Source: Octopus vulgaris (taxonomy: Eukaryota). From it: DNA of 64,000 nucleotides. Under the pieces are notes generated by a model, which was given only the letters and a program-made list of their open reading frames with translations, was not told the origin of the DNA and ran no database searches. Each line of letters opens with the position of its first letter. The first letter of the stretch is position 1. The position numbers were made by a program, and so were the translations under genes. The stretch lies in NCBI GenBank assembly GCA_951406725.2, contig OX597836.1, forward strand, positions 35,588,001-35,652,000. The letters are read 5' to 3'. This document shows, in pieces, positions 39,444-54,070 of the stretch.

Positions 39444-40519
39444 GTGTATGTGTAAGCAGCATAGTACTGAATATTTTCAGTTTGGTGGTATTGTACGGGA
39501 TAAAGGTTGCATTTGATAGAACACCATAGAATGAAGAATAAATTTGTTACATCAGTTATTTTTGCTCTAGTGCATTATGCAACAACACGTTGTATTCAGA
39601 CAAGCGTTGATAATGGCTTGTGTAGAAATTGGAGAAACCGGTGATAATGCAGATATGGATGGAGTTTGGAAGGTGAAATGTTAGAAGGGTTTGCTGTGGA
39701 CGTGCGTGAATGTGATGAATAAATTTCGGATATGGATGATTGTTACCTCTCAGATGGATCCTGACTTGGAGAAATGTTGCCTGTGTTTGTTTAATAACAC
39801 ATTATAGCATAATTTGTTCAATGATTTCAATAAACAAGAGTCAGAATTCTTGTTTAATACTATCGATCCGTGGACAGCAATGACTGAAAGGAAAAAAATA
39901 TAAACAGGTAGGAACATTGCAGTTTCTCAAAGTCCCTTACCTGGATTAATGGAGTGTGTTGTGAAACGATACGTATGTCTTACCTGTAACAAACGCTAAA
40001 TACATGTCGAATACATGACAAAGACGATGCATATCTAATATGTAACAGACTTTGTGTTTCCAATAAATGACCACCACTGCGTATGTTCAGTATATATAAG
40101 AAACTTTACGAGGAGGTGCCCAAATCTAACCGAAAACTTCTCCGTGGGTGAAATTCGTTGTCGTTTTATACACGTGTGTTGTTGTTTTAGCACTTAGATA
40201 GGGGAGGACGGCACCCACGACCATTTATATTTCAGGATCTCCAAGTTGAGAGGAAAGACGGAAGTTATTCTCAAACATGGTTTTTAATACTTATCACAGA
40301 ATAAACTCTGCTACGGGTAACCAGGGACGAGCTGGTGCTAATAAACCAAGCGATAGATTTTGTTTTCTACTCAGAAGCCTACTAACGTAAATTGCCACAT
40401 CATATACCGCAACACATTTTGTCCGGTATTGTTAGAATTTTGCGAACTTCATCACCATGTTTGCGTATTTTGTTTAATTGTTTCTGAAAGCTCTATCTAC
40501 GACGATTTCATCTCAATTG

Positions 40520-40738
40520 AAGGAGAGGGGCTTTCTCCGTCCAGGTTGCGGATCCGTGGAATAAGCTGCCGGGCGAGATAGTGAAGATGCCGACAACCGC
40601 GCGGTTCAAAGTCTCTCTTGACCAGAAATGGCCTGAACTCTTTGTATGACCACCCTCCCTGTACATAACTCCCTGTCCCCCCTACATGACATTGCTTTTG
40701 CTTTTTGAGCCAATAAAAATTGAATTGAATTGAATTGA
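40520..40738 (+). mobile_element. CR1-like LINE 3' end with (AATTG)n tail
   Basis: FSVQVADPWNKLPGEIVKMPTTARFKVSLDQKW, the WNxLP...FKxxLD RT C-terminus. Confidence 0.8.
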
Positions 40739-41389
40739 AACGATGAAAGTGAAAGTTGACTTCGGTGAAATACGAACTCAGATTGCAGAGAAACGAAAGA
40801 AATACTACAAAATATTTTGTCCTATTGCCCTTATATTCTAATGTCTCTGTTCATTCGCCATATCGTAAATAAGTTTACTTTGTTTGATAAATCGCGATAC
40901 ATATAAATCCTTTCACTGCGTAAGTAAATACGTATTTCTTTTTTCACAAGATTGCTGTGTAATGTTCAAGAACTCATTTCATTCTAGAGAAAGTAATTGA
41001 AACAAATTTTCGACACTTCGTCCATCAGATCACCAGAGTTGACACAGTTATTAATGGTTATTGTCTCAGTATTGAACGTGGGAAATTAAGTTTCACATAT
41101 TACACTTCGGAAACACAGGTCTGAAATATATTGGAAATACAAATAAATGACATTTTTATATTGAAATAGTATAAGTTAAAAAAGAAATACAGAACAGTTT
41201 TTGTTTTTACTTACTGTTGATTAAAGTTATATAGATGTAGTGATTTATGTTTGAAAACAGCTAATGGCAATAAAGAAGTTGTCGTAAACAGATATAAAGG
41301 ATTTAGCTTAGTACATTGTTTATTAAAAAAGGAAACAAACTAACCTTAAGTAATATTTTCTGTTAAATCATTATACTTATATGTGTCTA

Positions 41390-41980
<591 letters not shown>

Positions 41981-42226
41981 TTTGCATTATATATTTGGGA
42001 TTTCACTGTCTTTTATTTTTATGTTGAATTTACATAAAGGAGTATAGAGAAAGCATGGATTAAACAAAATGTTAAAATGAAAAAAAAAAAAATGACAAAA
42101 AACGCAAAATATATTTCGTTACATAACTTGCTTGGAAAATAAGCAAACCTATTTTAGATTTTCTTTTATCGTCTTCAATATTTATTCAATTCAATTCCGT
42201 ATTAGAGCTGCCTAAAGCTCCAACAC

Positions 42227-42289
<63 letters not shown>

Positions 42290-42475
42290 TATACTCTGTT
42301 AAGAAGCAAGAGTATCGGGTGCGTCATGTACGCTGATACAAAATCAGAATCCAGGTAAAAAGATATACTATAAACAAACAGCTCCTGAAGCATTATGCGC
42401 AAAAATAATAATGTATTATTTTAAACATGACTGTCATTTGTATCTAGTTATTAATTATTTATATAAACATGTCTG

Positions 42476-42552
<77 letters not shown>

Positions 42553-42662
42553 ATGTTTGTGTGTGTGTCTGTGTCGATATATGTGTTGTATGCGAGTGTG
42601 TCTGTGATTTTTTTTCTCTGTAAATGTACGTATATATATTTTTCTACATCTTGATAAAAATG

Positions 42663-42709
<47 letters not shown>

Positions 42710-42749
42710 ATTAATATATACATATATATATATATATATATATTTATAT

Positions 42750-43056
42750 AGGAATGTAGATAGTATGATCCGATGGATGTGTAATGTCAGCGTGCATACT
42801 CAACAGAGTTTAAGTACCTTGAGAGAAAAGTCGGACCTACGAAGCGTTAGATGTGGTGTGCAAGAGAGACGACTCTCTGGTATAGTCATGTGGCGAGAAT
42901 GGGTGAGGATAGCTGTGTGAAAAAGTGCCACACCCTAGCGGTTGAAGGAACCTGTGGAAGAGGTAGGCCCAGGAAGACCTGGGATGAAGAGGTGAAGTAC
43001 GACCTTCGAACATTAGGCCTCACCAAGGAAATGACTAGCGACCGAGATTTTGGAAG
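42750..43056 (+). mobile_element. RTE-clade LINE fragment inserted in (TA)n
   Basis: SMIRWMCNVS...[16 protein letters not shown]...[17 protein letters not shown]. Confidence 0.85.
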
Positions 43057-43057
43057 T

Positions 43058-43146
<89 letters not shown>

Positions 43147-43150
<4 letters not shown>

Positions 43151-43308
43151 CGACGGGCGTCTTTCAGTTTCCGTCCAACAAATCCACTCACAAAGCTTTG
43201 GTCGGCCCGAACCTATAATAGAAGACACTTGCCCAAGGTGTCATGCAATGGGACTAAACGCGGAACCATGTGGCTCGTAAGCAAGCTACTTACCACACAC
43301 CCACTCCT
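43147..43308 (-). mobile_element. SINE family A 5' half
   Basis: Reverse complement of the family A head. Confidence 0.85.
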
Positions 43309-43448
43309 AATAAAATTTAATATGTACTCAATGCACCAAGTATCATTGTTGGATCCGAGGACCAGTAAAGAGCTATCCACAGGAGCTAGCATAAAAGCCG
43401 CCCAGTATCTGTATCTATATCTATATATATATATGTATTTACATGTAT

Positions 43449-43508
<60 letters not shown>

Positions 43509-43538
43509 GTTTATATATATATATATATATTTATATAT

Positions 43539-43590
<52 letters not shown>

Positions 43591-43894
43591 GTTTATATAT
43601 ATATATATATATTTATGTAATCTTTTTTGCCCAACATTTTAAGGAACTTGTTGAACTTTTTTATGTCCTTAACATGTCCCTGTTACCAAAGACTGTATAT
43701 ATATATATATATATGTGTAATGTAGCAATTTGCAACAACCAATAATTAACGCAACCAAACTTCCACATGTTACTTTTGACAATCTTTTTCCAATGTGTGA
43801 AACCGGTAAAGTAAATAAACATCTTTTAAATTGCATTTTCAAACCTTCTTTCGTATATAATTCCACTCGTGCGGTACCCCACAACTCCACTTTG

Positions 43895-44054
<160 letters not shown>

Positions 44055-44070
44055 CTATGTATATGTATAT

Positions 44071-44280
44071 ACCACGACCATCAAAATGTGGCGATTTTTT
44101 TCCCTCTGGCTTCTCTTCTCTGGTTCTTTCCTTCTCCTATGTTTCCGACGAAGAGCTCCGCTCGAAACATTAAACCCTCCTTCTTTCATTCTTTCCTGAG
44201 CGTCCAATAATACTATAATTGTTCCACGTCCTCGCGTTGTTGTGTTTTCTCTTTCCGTTTTCATGTTTGGATTAACTATA
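44071..44280 (+). mobile_element. Family H1 hammerhead-bearing PLE-like element in (TA)n
   Basis: 44141-44175 GTTT-CCGACGA-A-GAGC(tcc)GCTC-GAAACATT-AAAC. Confidence 0.78.
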
Positions 44281-44314
44281 TATATATATATATACATATA
44301 TGTACATGTAAATG

Positions 44315-44365
<51 letters not shown>

Positions 44366-44954
44366 CAATTGCTAATGACGTTTTATCTTCAAGCCTATCT
44401 TATTTCTCTTTATTGTAAATCTTTAAAGGGATATCCAGTACATAATGTGAATAATCCTATACACAATGAGGAAAATCTGAACATGAAACTCTCATTGTGG
44501 CCTTCAACCTACTGCGTAGTTGTTAATCTATTTAACTAACGTATCGAATTTCATTTCCGAAATCAAATTACATCTCTCATTGAACACATTTCAGAAGATT
44601 ATTTGCGGAGTGAGCTCGACCACCCGCTTCGACAACTACGGTGGGCAACAAAAGGTATAAACGAAACCGTTTAATGTGCATAGAACGAAATATGTGATTC
44701 ATAAAACGAAGTGAATGTATTCGTGTTGTTAAGAATGTTTGCATCAGTAATGATGTATATTAATAAAGATAGAATTAGTGATATTATGGTTTAGGTCTGT
44801 TTGTATAAAAGATATCATTGACGTAATTATATGATGTTTGTTGAGTTATTGCGCAATTACAGATATGAATATAAATGGAAAAAAAACCCCAACTGAAAAC
44901 CGTGATCTGATAAAATCACTATTAAAAAGATAATCAAAGGAGTGTAACCACATA

Positions 44955-45205
<251 letters not shown>

Positions 45206-45795
45206 ATATATATATATATATACACACACAAATAAGAATATATGCCTGGTGTAAATCCATTATCCTATTATGTGTTTATGTATGTATATAAATTCACATA
45301 TATGTATAACTGTGTGTCTGTAATTATATAAATTTCTATAAATAAATATATATATATATGCATGTATATATATATATATATATATTTGTGTGTGAATGTG
45401 TGTGAATGTGTGTGTGTGTGTGTGTGTGTGTGTAGGTGTGTCTCTGTGTGTGCGTAATTATATGTAATTTATTACAATTTCATTATGCCACACATTAGTG
45501 TGAATAAATAGAATCAATGTATTGGATTTCCAGCGATTAGAAATATCGTTCACCGAGTGATCAACCAAATTGACATTTTTGCAATGATGAAGCCGTTGAA
45601 TATATCGATGCAAAGCCTTTTCACGCGCGCGGGCATACACACATATACGTATGTCTATCTATATGTTTGTCTGTTTGACTGTCTTCCCCTCTCTCTCTCT
45701 CTCTCTCTCTCTGTATATATATATATTTCTTACTTTATATATACGTCCATAAATATACCTATGTTTTTACCTATGCATATGTATATATATACATA

Positions 45796-46213
45796 TACTC
45801 TTTTACACTTTTACTCTTTTACATGTTTCAGTAATTTGACTGTGGCCATGCTGGAGCACCGCCTTCAGTCGAGTAAATCGACACCAGGACTTATTCTTTG
45901 TAAGCCTAGTACTTATTCTATCGTTCTTTTTTGCCGAACCGCTAAGTTATACACACCACCAACGGTTGTCAAGCGATGTTCGGGGGAGAAATACAGATAC
46001 ACAAACATACAAACACACACATACACACATATATAAACATATATATATATATATATATACGACGGGCTTCTTTCAATTTCCGTCTACCAAATCCACTCAC
46101 AAGGGTTTGGTCGGCCGGCCCGAGGTTATAGTAGACGGTACCACGCAGTAGGACTGAACCCAGAACCATGTGGTTCGTAACCAAGCAACTTACCACACAG
46201 CCACTCCTACGCC
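45796..46213 (-). mobile_element. SINE family A, near full length
   Basis: Collinear with 1706-2179, small deletions. Confidence 0.88.
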
Positions 46214-46289
46214 TACATCTATATACATAGAGATGGTATCTTTAATAGTATTATCGCTCTCATATTTATATGTACACACACACACACAC

Positions 46290-46450
<161 letters not shown>

Positions 46451-46462
46451 ATATTTATATGT

Positions 46463-46499
<37 letters not shown>

Positions 46500-46551
46500 C
46501 ATAGCGATGTTATTTTTAATAGTATTATCGCTCTCATATTTATATATCTAT

Positions 46552-46885
46552 AGATATATTACTGAAATAAATTCCAGCTTTGTCTGATTTTATAATAATA
46601 TAATATAATATATTATAATACAATATAATATAATGGAATGATAGAATATTAAATGTCAATTCTGATTGAATTTGTACTTTCATGCATTAAACTATGCAAT
46701 CTTCCACTGTAACCACTACGACATGAACCTGAAGTTTGTATAATTTAATGCATGACAATACAAGTTCAATCAGAATGGACATTTAATATTCTATCATTTC
46801 ATTATATATTATATTATGTTATTATAAATTGTAAATAAACCGTGAAAATCAGACAAGGTTGAAATTTCCTTGAGTAATATATATT
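46552..46885. repeat. Imperfect ~145-bp inverted repeat between TA tracts
   Basis: ATGATAGAATATTAAATGTC-ATTCTGATTGAA...CATGCATTAAA pairs with TTTAATGCATG...TTCAATCAGAAT-GACATTTAATATTCTATCAT; outer arms TTGTCTGATTTT / AAAATCAGACAA. Confidence 0.8.
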
Positions 46886-46910
46886 CTTCTATAAGCAATC
46901 ATACACACAC

Positions 46911-46964
<54 letters not shown>

Positions 46965-47017
46965 ATATATATATATATTTATTCACACACACATACACAT
47001 ACACACAGACACACACA

Positions 47018-47055
<38 letters not shown>

Positions 47056-47962
47056 TAATTAGGGTTCAGCTAACTGCTTCACCACATACCGAAATTAGAA
47101 ATAGGAGTTAAATATTCCTTTCCTGCTACTATAAGCATCTCCATGACAGTGAACTTATTACGTGGATAATTCTATCTATAAATGTTATTTCAAACGTACC
47201 CATCTACTTGGTAAAATTGTTAATTAATTGATTGATTAATTAATAAATTTTACCTTTCGATTATTAGTTATATATATATATATATATACATACGCACATA
47301 TGAATATAAGTGTATACACATATGCTTATAAATTCTTACATAAACGCTTACTGACATACATATATACACACACGCACACACACACACACATACACTCACA
47401 GTATTTGAAAATCTACATATGCATTGCCTTGTACAAAATATATTTTGGGAAAATCTCATATTACAACCGGCGTCCCTTTTATGTTTTGCGTAAACATGAC
47501 CTTTCCACGAACTATCTATATGTTTCGAACTCCCATGCTCCGATTAAAACGGATATTGGTCATCAGCAGTTGGAGATTTATGGTTTACCATAATTGTTTT
47601 CTCAGAGATAACCTCGTCGGCTGAACTTAGTAGTCGTCTGATCTGCGGAACGTGGAGCTTAGCTTATGCCACAACCACAGGAAATTATTATTCTCTCAAT
47701 TATTTGCCTTTATACGTTGGATTGTGAACCTTATTGTGTGTACTGTACATCCAAAGTCTTGGAACCATATATTATATTTATCTAAAACTCTATCTAGAGT
47801 AAGAAATTCTCGGTCTTCGACAGTTCCTCCTCTTCGGTTGCCGCGACGAGTTCCCCAACGTGCTCATCGAAAAAGGAAGTTTCCATCACTACTTCTGATA
47901 TCACAGCACACTAGAACTTATACATTATGAGGTTTAATGCCCTTCATTGGTTTGCTCTAGAA

Positions 47963-48322
47963 CAGGAATTCTCAACGATTTTTTTCACCTATGGACCCCT
48001 TCAATTACTCTCTTATTCTGGAGGAATAAGTCATTCGATGTTTAGAAACTAGTTTTATAGAAGTTTCTTTCAGAATTCCTATGTTGGTTTTCGCACACTA
48101 ACGTGTGTAGGTTGAATTATGTAAAGTCTTAGAGGAAGAAACCTAGGTCTTTCTTACAATAGGTACCAATACAAACATCGAAAGCAGCATTTTCTTAAGG
48201 TCCCTTAAAATAGTTATGTGCATCCACAATTTACTATTTTGTTACGTGGGCCTACCAAAATCTTACAACTAGGATTCATATGGTTCCTCATGGGTCATAT
48301 GGATTCTGGTAGGGAACCACTG
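47963..48322. mobile_element. hAT (Charlie-like) MITE
   Basis: Termini CAGGAATTCTCAAC / GGGAACCACTG; 8-bp TSD CTCTAGAA / CACTAGAA; partial second copy at ~48880-49010. Confidence 0.7.
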
Positions 48323-49434
48323 CACTAGAATTTTCTGAATCTGAAGTCCAGCAGGTTTGCTTGTTAATGAAACCGATCGAATGAGAATTTGCTGACATCA
48401 TCCGATGGTGAATAAATTTGTGTTTCTCCATTACTGATTCTCAAACTGTAACCACATTTTCGATATGTGGACATAACCATGGTGGTTTCTTCTGTTGTTC
48501 GCGAATAAGGGATACTTTCTCCTATAATTTTGCCATTAATACAAGCCTAGTATAAAACTAATTATCTTCACTGAATTAATCTAAACTAATAGCCTTTTTT
48601 GAAAAGATTGTTACGGTCTGCGAATAGCGAAATTAAGCCAATGAATACCACGTGGATTATTACTACTATATACACTAGAGCGAGACAAGAACCCAGAGCT
48701 AATTATCGCATATTGTGGAACTATCAGGAGAAATTCCACTGGATATTCGATCTGAATCAAGACCAATTATAGATGTGTAGAATATTCGCGGAAGATCTCT
48801 CTATTGGCAAGAAGAAACTAAAACAATATTAGTAAAAGAAGTATCCAGCATTCGCAAATGTTACTGAGAAATAGTTACCCCCAGGAACTCTTCGATTACT
48901 CTCTTATTTTGATGGAATAAATTATTCGATGTTTAGAAACTAGTTTTATAGAAGTTTCTTTCAGAATTCCTACGTTGTTTTTCGCTTATTAACTTGTGTA
49001 GGTTGAACTACACAAGTAGTTTGTTGAGAAGAGATACATCAGATTACACAAATTTCGGAAAATACAGGAAGTAGCCATTTGTGGCTCAGTAATGGGAAAT
49101 TTGCAAATTTAGTACCCAGAAAATACTTTCTCTTTAATGCATATTATCATTGAGAAAAAATATATGTATGAATCCGATTGGAGTAAAATTTGGCTGAAGC
49201 TGGAATCTTGAAGGCAAGAAGCTCAGCTCTATGTATGATATGCTATAAAGGGATACTGTATCAGAGACACTAGACAACTGCAAAAATCCCTTTACATTTG
49301 AAAGAATGGTGAAGAGATTATTTTCTTTACAACACAGTTACTGAATAATTGTCCAATCAAAATCAACTCAAACATCCATCCATTTAGCCAACCACCCATC
49401 CAACAATCCCTTCGATAAAAACGATTAACGTCGT

Positions 49435-49724
49435 CGCCCTTTTCAAACTTAGCCTGGTTCGTGGGCCCGGTTTCCTGGTTTCTGTGGCGTATGTGTTCCC
49501 CTCAGCTGGACGGGACACCAGCCCATCGCAGCGTTACTCAAGAAACAGGAAGAGAGTGTGAGAGAAAGTTGTGGCGAAAGAGTACAACAGGGGTCGCCAC
49601 CCCCACCCACTGCCGGAGCCTCGTGGAGCTTTTAGATGTTTTCGTTCAATAAACACACGGAACGCCCGGTCTGGGATTCGAGACCGCGAGTCCGCTGCCC
49701 TAACCACTGGGCCATTGCGCCTCC
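49435..49724 (-). mobile_element. SINE family C (tRNA-Arg-like head)
   Basis: GGAGGCGCAATGGCCCAGTGGTTAGGGCAGCGGACTCGCGG head; same body as 58895-59210. Confidence 0.88.
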
Positions 49725-49912
49725 ACAACAAACCCTACGCATATACGTATTTAAAGCGTCCTATCCTACAGATGCTGTGTGAGGGTCACCAAGGAGATAC
49801 TTGCAGCTCAGAAAGTAACGAAATAGCACAAAGGAAGCAACATAAGTAAATAAACAAATCTAGAATAAAAGAACGTAATCTGCTTCAGAGAATCTGGCAT
49901 TTAACACAGTTA

Positions 49913-50323
49913 TACTCTTTTACTTGTTTCAGTCATATGGCTACGGCCATGCTGGAGTACCGCCTTTAATCGAGCAACTCGACCCCGGGACTTATTTTTT
50001 TGTAAGCCCAGTACTTATTCTATCGGTCTCTTTTGCCGAACCGCTAAGTGACGGGGACGTAAACACACCAGCATCGGTTGTCAAACAATGCTAGGGGGAC
50101 AAACACAGACACACAAACACACACATACATATATATAAATATATATATATACATATATACGACGGGCTTCTTTTAGTTTCCGTCTACCAAATCCACTCGC
50201 AAGGCATTGGTCGGCCCGGGGCTATAGCAGAAGACACTTGCCCAAGATTCCACGCAGTGGGACTGAACCCGGAACCATGTGGTTGGTAAACAAGCTAATT
50301 TACCACACGGCCACTCCTGCGCC
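49913..50323 (-). mobile_element. SINE family A, full length
   Basis: Collinear with the other copies. Confidence 0.92.
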
Positions 50324-50787
50324 TACGGTTGCAAATGATTAATAACTTTTTTAGCGTAACATTTAAAATTTACGAAAAAAACAAAAAAAAAAATTAAAGA
50401 ACTGACAAAATTTTACGGCGGTTCAATACATCAAGCATTTAAGGGAACATTAATAGCTTTAAAACAAGAACTCAAAGTCACTGAACAGAAAACATCGTTA
50501 TCACAAGAAAAGGGGGAAAAAAAAAACGTTCTATAGACTAGAGCACTAACCGTAAATTTTGTTTGTGTTCCACAAAATGTACATTGGAGAATTACCAAAA
50601 TCAATATATTCGTATAAGAACTCTAAAGAGCTTCAATCAGTTTGATCTCAGTTCTGAAATAGTAAAGAGTTTTAATTAGAATACATCGTAACTGTGTGTG
50701 AAGAAGAAAGAATATTCTACCAGCATTGGCACTAAAATTTAAATAATGAACATTCAAACTGTTACCAGAGCTCTGGAAAACTACATA

Positions 50788-51020
50788 CCTATTGCTTTAC
50801 TACCAACAAGGAGCTAAACACAGAGGGGACAAACAAGGACAGACAGAGGGATTAAGTCGCTTATATCGACCCCAGTGCGTAAGTGGTACTTAATTTATCG
50901 ACCCCGAAAGGATGAAAGGCAAAGTCGACTTAGGGCGGAATTTGAACTCAGAATGAACAGCAGACGAAATACGGCTACGCATTTCGCCCGGCGTGCTAAC
51001 GTTTCTGCCAGCTCGCCACC
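50788..51020 (-). mobile_element. SINE family B monomer with 15-bp TSD
   Basis: TSD CTGGAAAACTACATA at 50773-50787 and 51021-51035. Confidence 0.92.
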
Positions 51021-51321
51021 CTGGAAAACTACATAATGGGTAGTCTACTTCGAAGACACCCAGATAGATGCTGGCAGACTGTTAACGTTTTACAAAGAGT
51101 TGGTAATATGGATATTGAAAAGAACTGTGCCATGGTAGTTTGACATATCACATTGGTTGATATTGTAGGAATAAGATTGTAGTTCACACTTTGAGAGAAT
51201 ACTATGTAAGTTTTGCATGAGGAATCTCAACGAAGACTATTGACAATACAATAAAATCGGGGAATCTGGACCACCGGAAAGAATGTTGCATAGGAATGTG
51301 CCGAATAACTGTTGAAAAATA

Positions 51322-51553
51322 TATTTCTTTACTACCCACAAGGGGCTAAACATAGAGGGGGCAAACAAGGACGGAGAAACGGATTATGACGATTATATCG
51401 ACCCCAGTGGGAACTGGTGCTTTATTTATCGACCCCGAAAGGATGAAAGACAAAGTCAACCTCGGCGGAATTTGAACTCAGAACGTAACGACAAACGAAA
51501 TAGCGCTAAGCATTTCGCCCGGCGCGCTAACGTTTCTGCCAGCTCGCTGCCTT
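51322..51553 (-). mobile_element. SINE family B monomer
   Basis: TSD TAACTGTTGAA(A/G)AATA. Confidence 0.9.
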
Positions 51554-51814
51554 AACTGTTGAAGAATAACTTTCAAGAATAAAGTGGAAGAACAAAGGTG
51601 ACTGAAGAAACAAAAATGTCGAAATGTGGGTAAGATTTGTTGACAAAAAGAAATTAGATTATTTTATCCATTCGTCATTTCTTAGTTATTCTTATTAAAA
51701 TACTCGCAAATATTCAGGCAATAATGGTCACACTTTTTACTTAATGCCGAACATTTGTGTTCATTCAAACGTACCTACAAGTCATTCGTATTCAGAATAT
51801 ATATTCATGTCTCC

Positions 51815-52230
51815 GGTGGCGAGCTGGCAGAAACGTTATCACGCCGGGCGAAATGCGTAGCCGTATTTCGTCTGCAGTTACGTTCTGAGTTCAAATTCCG
51901 ACGAGGTCGACTTTACCTTTCATCCTTTCGGGGGGTCGTTTAAATAAGTACCAGTTATGCACTGGGGTCGATATAATCGACTTAATCCCTTTGTCTGTCC
52001 TTGTTTGTCCCCTCTGTGTTCAGCCCCTTGTGGGTAGTAAAGAAATAGCTATTTCGTCTGTCGTTACGTTCTGAGTTCAAATTCCGCCGAGGTCGACTTT
52101 GCCTTTTATCCTTTCGGAGCCGATAAATAAAGTACCAGTTTCGCACTGGGGTCGATGTAATCGACTTAATCCATTTGTCTATCCTTGTTTGTCCCCTTTA
52201 TGTTTAGCCCCTTGTGGGCAGTAAAGAAAT
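51815..52230 (+). mobile_element. SINE family B dimer (head + two bodies)
   Basis: Junction AAGAAATAGCTATTTCGTC at ~52040-52058; one TSD pair ATATATTCAT(G/A)TCTCC around the whole dimer. Confidence 0.9.
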
Positions 52231-53139
52231 ACATATATTCATATCTCCCTATGATTCTATCCCCTTTAGCAATAAATCCACACTCATTTCAAACAGGAAT
52301 TTCTATGTTGTATATCCTCGGAACTTGAACAGCAAGAAACCCTAACCTTTTCTTTTGAACTATGAAAAGACCTAAATTTACATTTCTGGAAAACTGTTTT
52401 ACTCTCAATATTTTCTGTTGATAAATGGAATTTACCTCTAAGAAAACTTCATGGAAGAAAAATATTTTGCCTTTAGCAAGAGCGTTATGACGAGTCTGTT
52501 TTCTATAAATTCGATAACAATGCTACTTTAATAAGGAATGTAGCCTATTTTAAACTTGTGACCATTACATCAATCACGTTCTGAAAGCTATGTTTTTGCA
52601 ATCCAAGAGTAAATGCCAGCTATAGTTTCACTGAGGCATAAAAGAAACTCAGAAATGTCACTGAATATGGTAATTATATAGCATTTCCCTTTTCTCAAAT
52701 ATCATTAATTTACTGCCTTTCTATACAGCATGGTCTTGTTGTTCGATGCAGCATAATATTGTGCTGGAATAAGGAATAATAACAACCGTAAATAAGGCAG
52801 TTTGGGGCTAGGTATAGTTATTACACGTTATTAAATAAGTAGCTAATAACACAATGATGGTGGAACTGTCCCTTGAAAGTTTTGCAAAGTGCAAATATAA
52901 TAGATCTGATGTAGTGGTTTGACTCAGATTACAGCTGACCAGCAAAACTGTGCATTATTTGAAGAATCAATGAGAAACTGAACATTTTCACACAATCGCC
53001 TCGAAACATGAGCGCCTCCACCCGCGATATAAATTCGCATTTATAGTAATATATATTGTTCAAATTTTTTCTGTTAGGAAATGTATAAGTTTGAATATCG
53101 CAAATCTGGGGTTGTCTACAGGTGGAAAATGTAATCAAG

Positions 53140-53475
53140 AAACAAGCATCTTACTGGTACTCCGTCTGTTACGACGACGAAGGTTCCAGTTGATCCGATC
53201 AACGGAACAACTTGCTCGTACAAGTGGCTGAGTACTTCTCAGATACGCATAACCATATCAGTAACGTGGTTCGCCAGGAGATACAACGAGACACAGGGTG
53301 GGACAAGGCTGGCTTTTTGAAATAAATATAGGTAGATTCATTTCTGCCGGGTGAGTGAACTGCAGAAACGAGATAAAAATGTCTTGCTCAAGGACACAGC
53401 GCATCGCCGGGTTTCGAACTCACGGCCTCAGGATCACGAATCGAATACATCGAACCACCAAGCCACGCGTTTTCA
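53140..53475 (-). mobile_element. SINE family D (tRNA-derived, CORE-type)
   Basis: Minus strand GTGGCTTGGTGG A box, GAGTTCGAAACC B box, GTGTCCTTGAGCAAGACATTT CORE-like block. Confidence 0.7.
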
Positions 53476-53549
53476 AGCATCTTACGACTATAAAGTGTAA
53501 GACCAACGCAAAACTACGGAATAGTTCCCCAAAGTAAATTTTTTTTTTT

Positions 53550-53748
53550 TCACAAAGCCCGAAATTTCTGGGGAGGGGCCAGGCGATTAGATCGACTCCA
53601 GTACGCAACTGGTACTTAATTTATCGACACCGAAAGGATTAAAGGCATAGTCAACCTCGGCGGAATTTGAACTCTGAACGTAAAGACAGACGAAACAACG
53701 CTAAGTCTTTCGCCCGGCGTGCTAACGTTCTACTTGCCTCGCTGCCCC
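53550..53748 (-). mobile_element. SINE family B, alternative-tail subfamily
   Basis: Family B head and centre with tail CCCCTCCCCAGAAATTTCGGGCTTTGTG; similar copy at 60700-60905. Confidence 0.8.
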
Positions 53749-53782
53749 CAACAAGTTCATTAAATACCACTCGAGTTGATGC

Positions 53783-54070
53783 TTTTTTTTCATATAATCT
53801 AGTTTCTGCTCACGAGCTGTGGCCATGCTGGGGCATCGCCATTCGGTGTTGCTACAGGATTTTACTTCACGAATGCTTTTTAGCAATTGACATTTGGTGC
53901 ATGAGGGAGTTTGATGCAGCTGCCCTCATCTGCACCTCCTGCCGTGAAGTAAGTTCATCTGGGACACCTGAGAGGAAGAGGTCCAGATTTATTTTGAAGA
54001 CATCTGCATCCACCCCATGCAGGTCTCTCAGGTCCTTCGGGAGGATATTGAAGAGCTGTGGACCCTGCTT
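53783..54070 (-). mobile_element. CR1/L2-like LINE 3' end
   Basis: KQGPQLFNILPKDLRDLHGVDADVFKINLDLFLSGVPDE...RAAASNSL; 3' tail GGCGATGCCCCAGCATGGCCACAGC...GAAAC then A-rich end. Confidence 0.8.

Noticed and set aside
37300-39900. Host coding exons in purine-rich unique-looking DNA
   Set aside because: Only short stop-ridden frames; faint LINE-like remnants (EISIADVGKAIKQI) suggest an ancient retroelement, too weak to annotate
40107-40150. Tc1/mariner element (TACGAGGAGGTGCCCAAA)
   Set aside because: Resembles one mariner TIR but I found no matching second TIR or transposase
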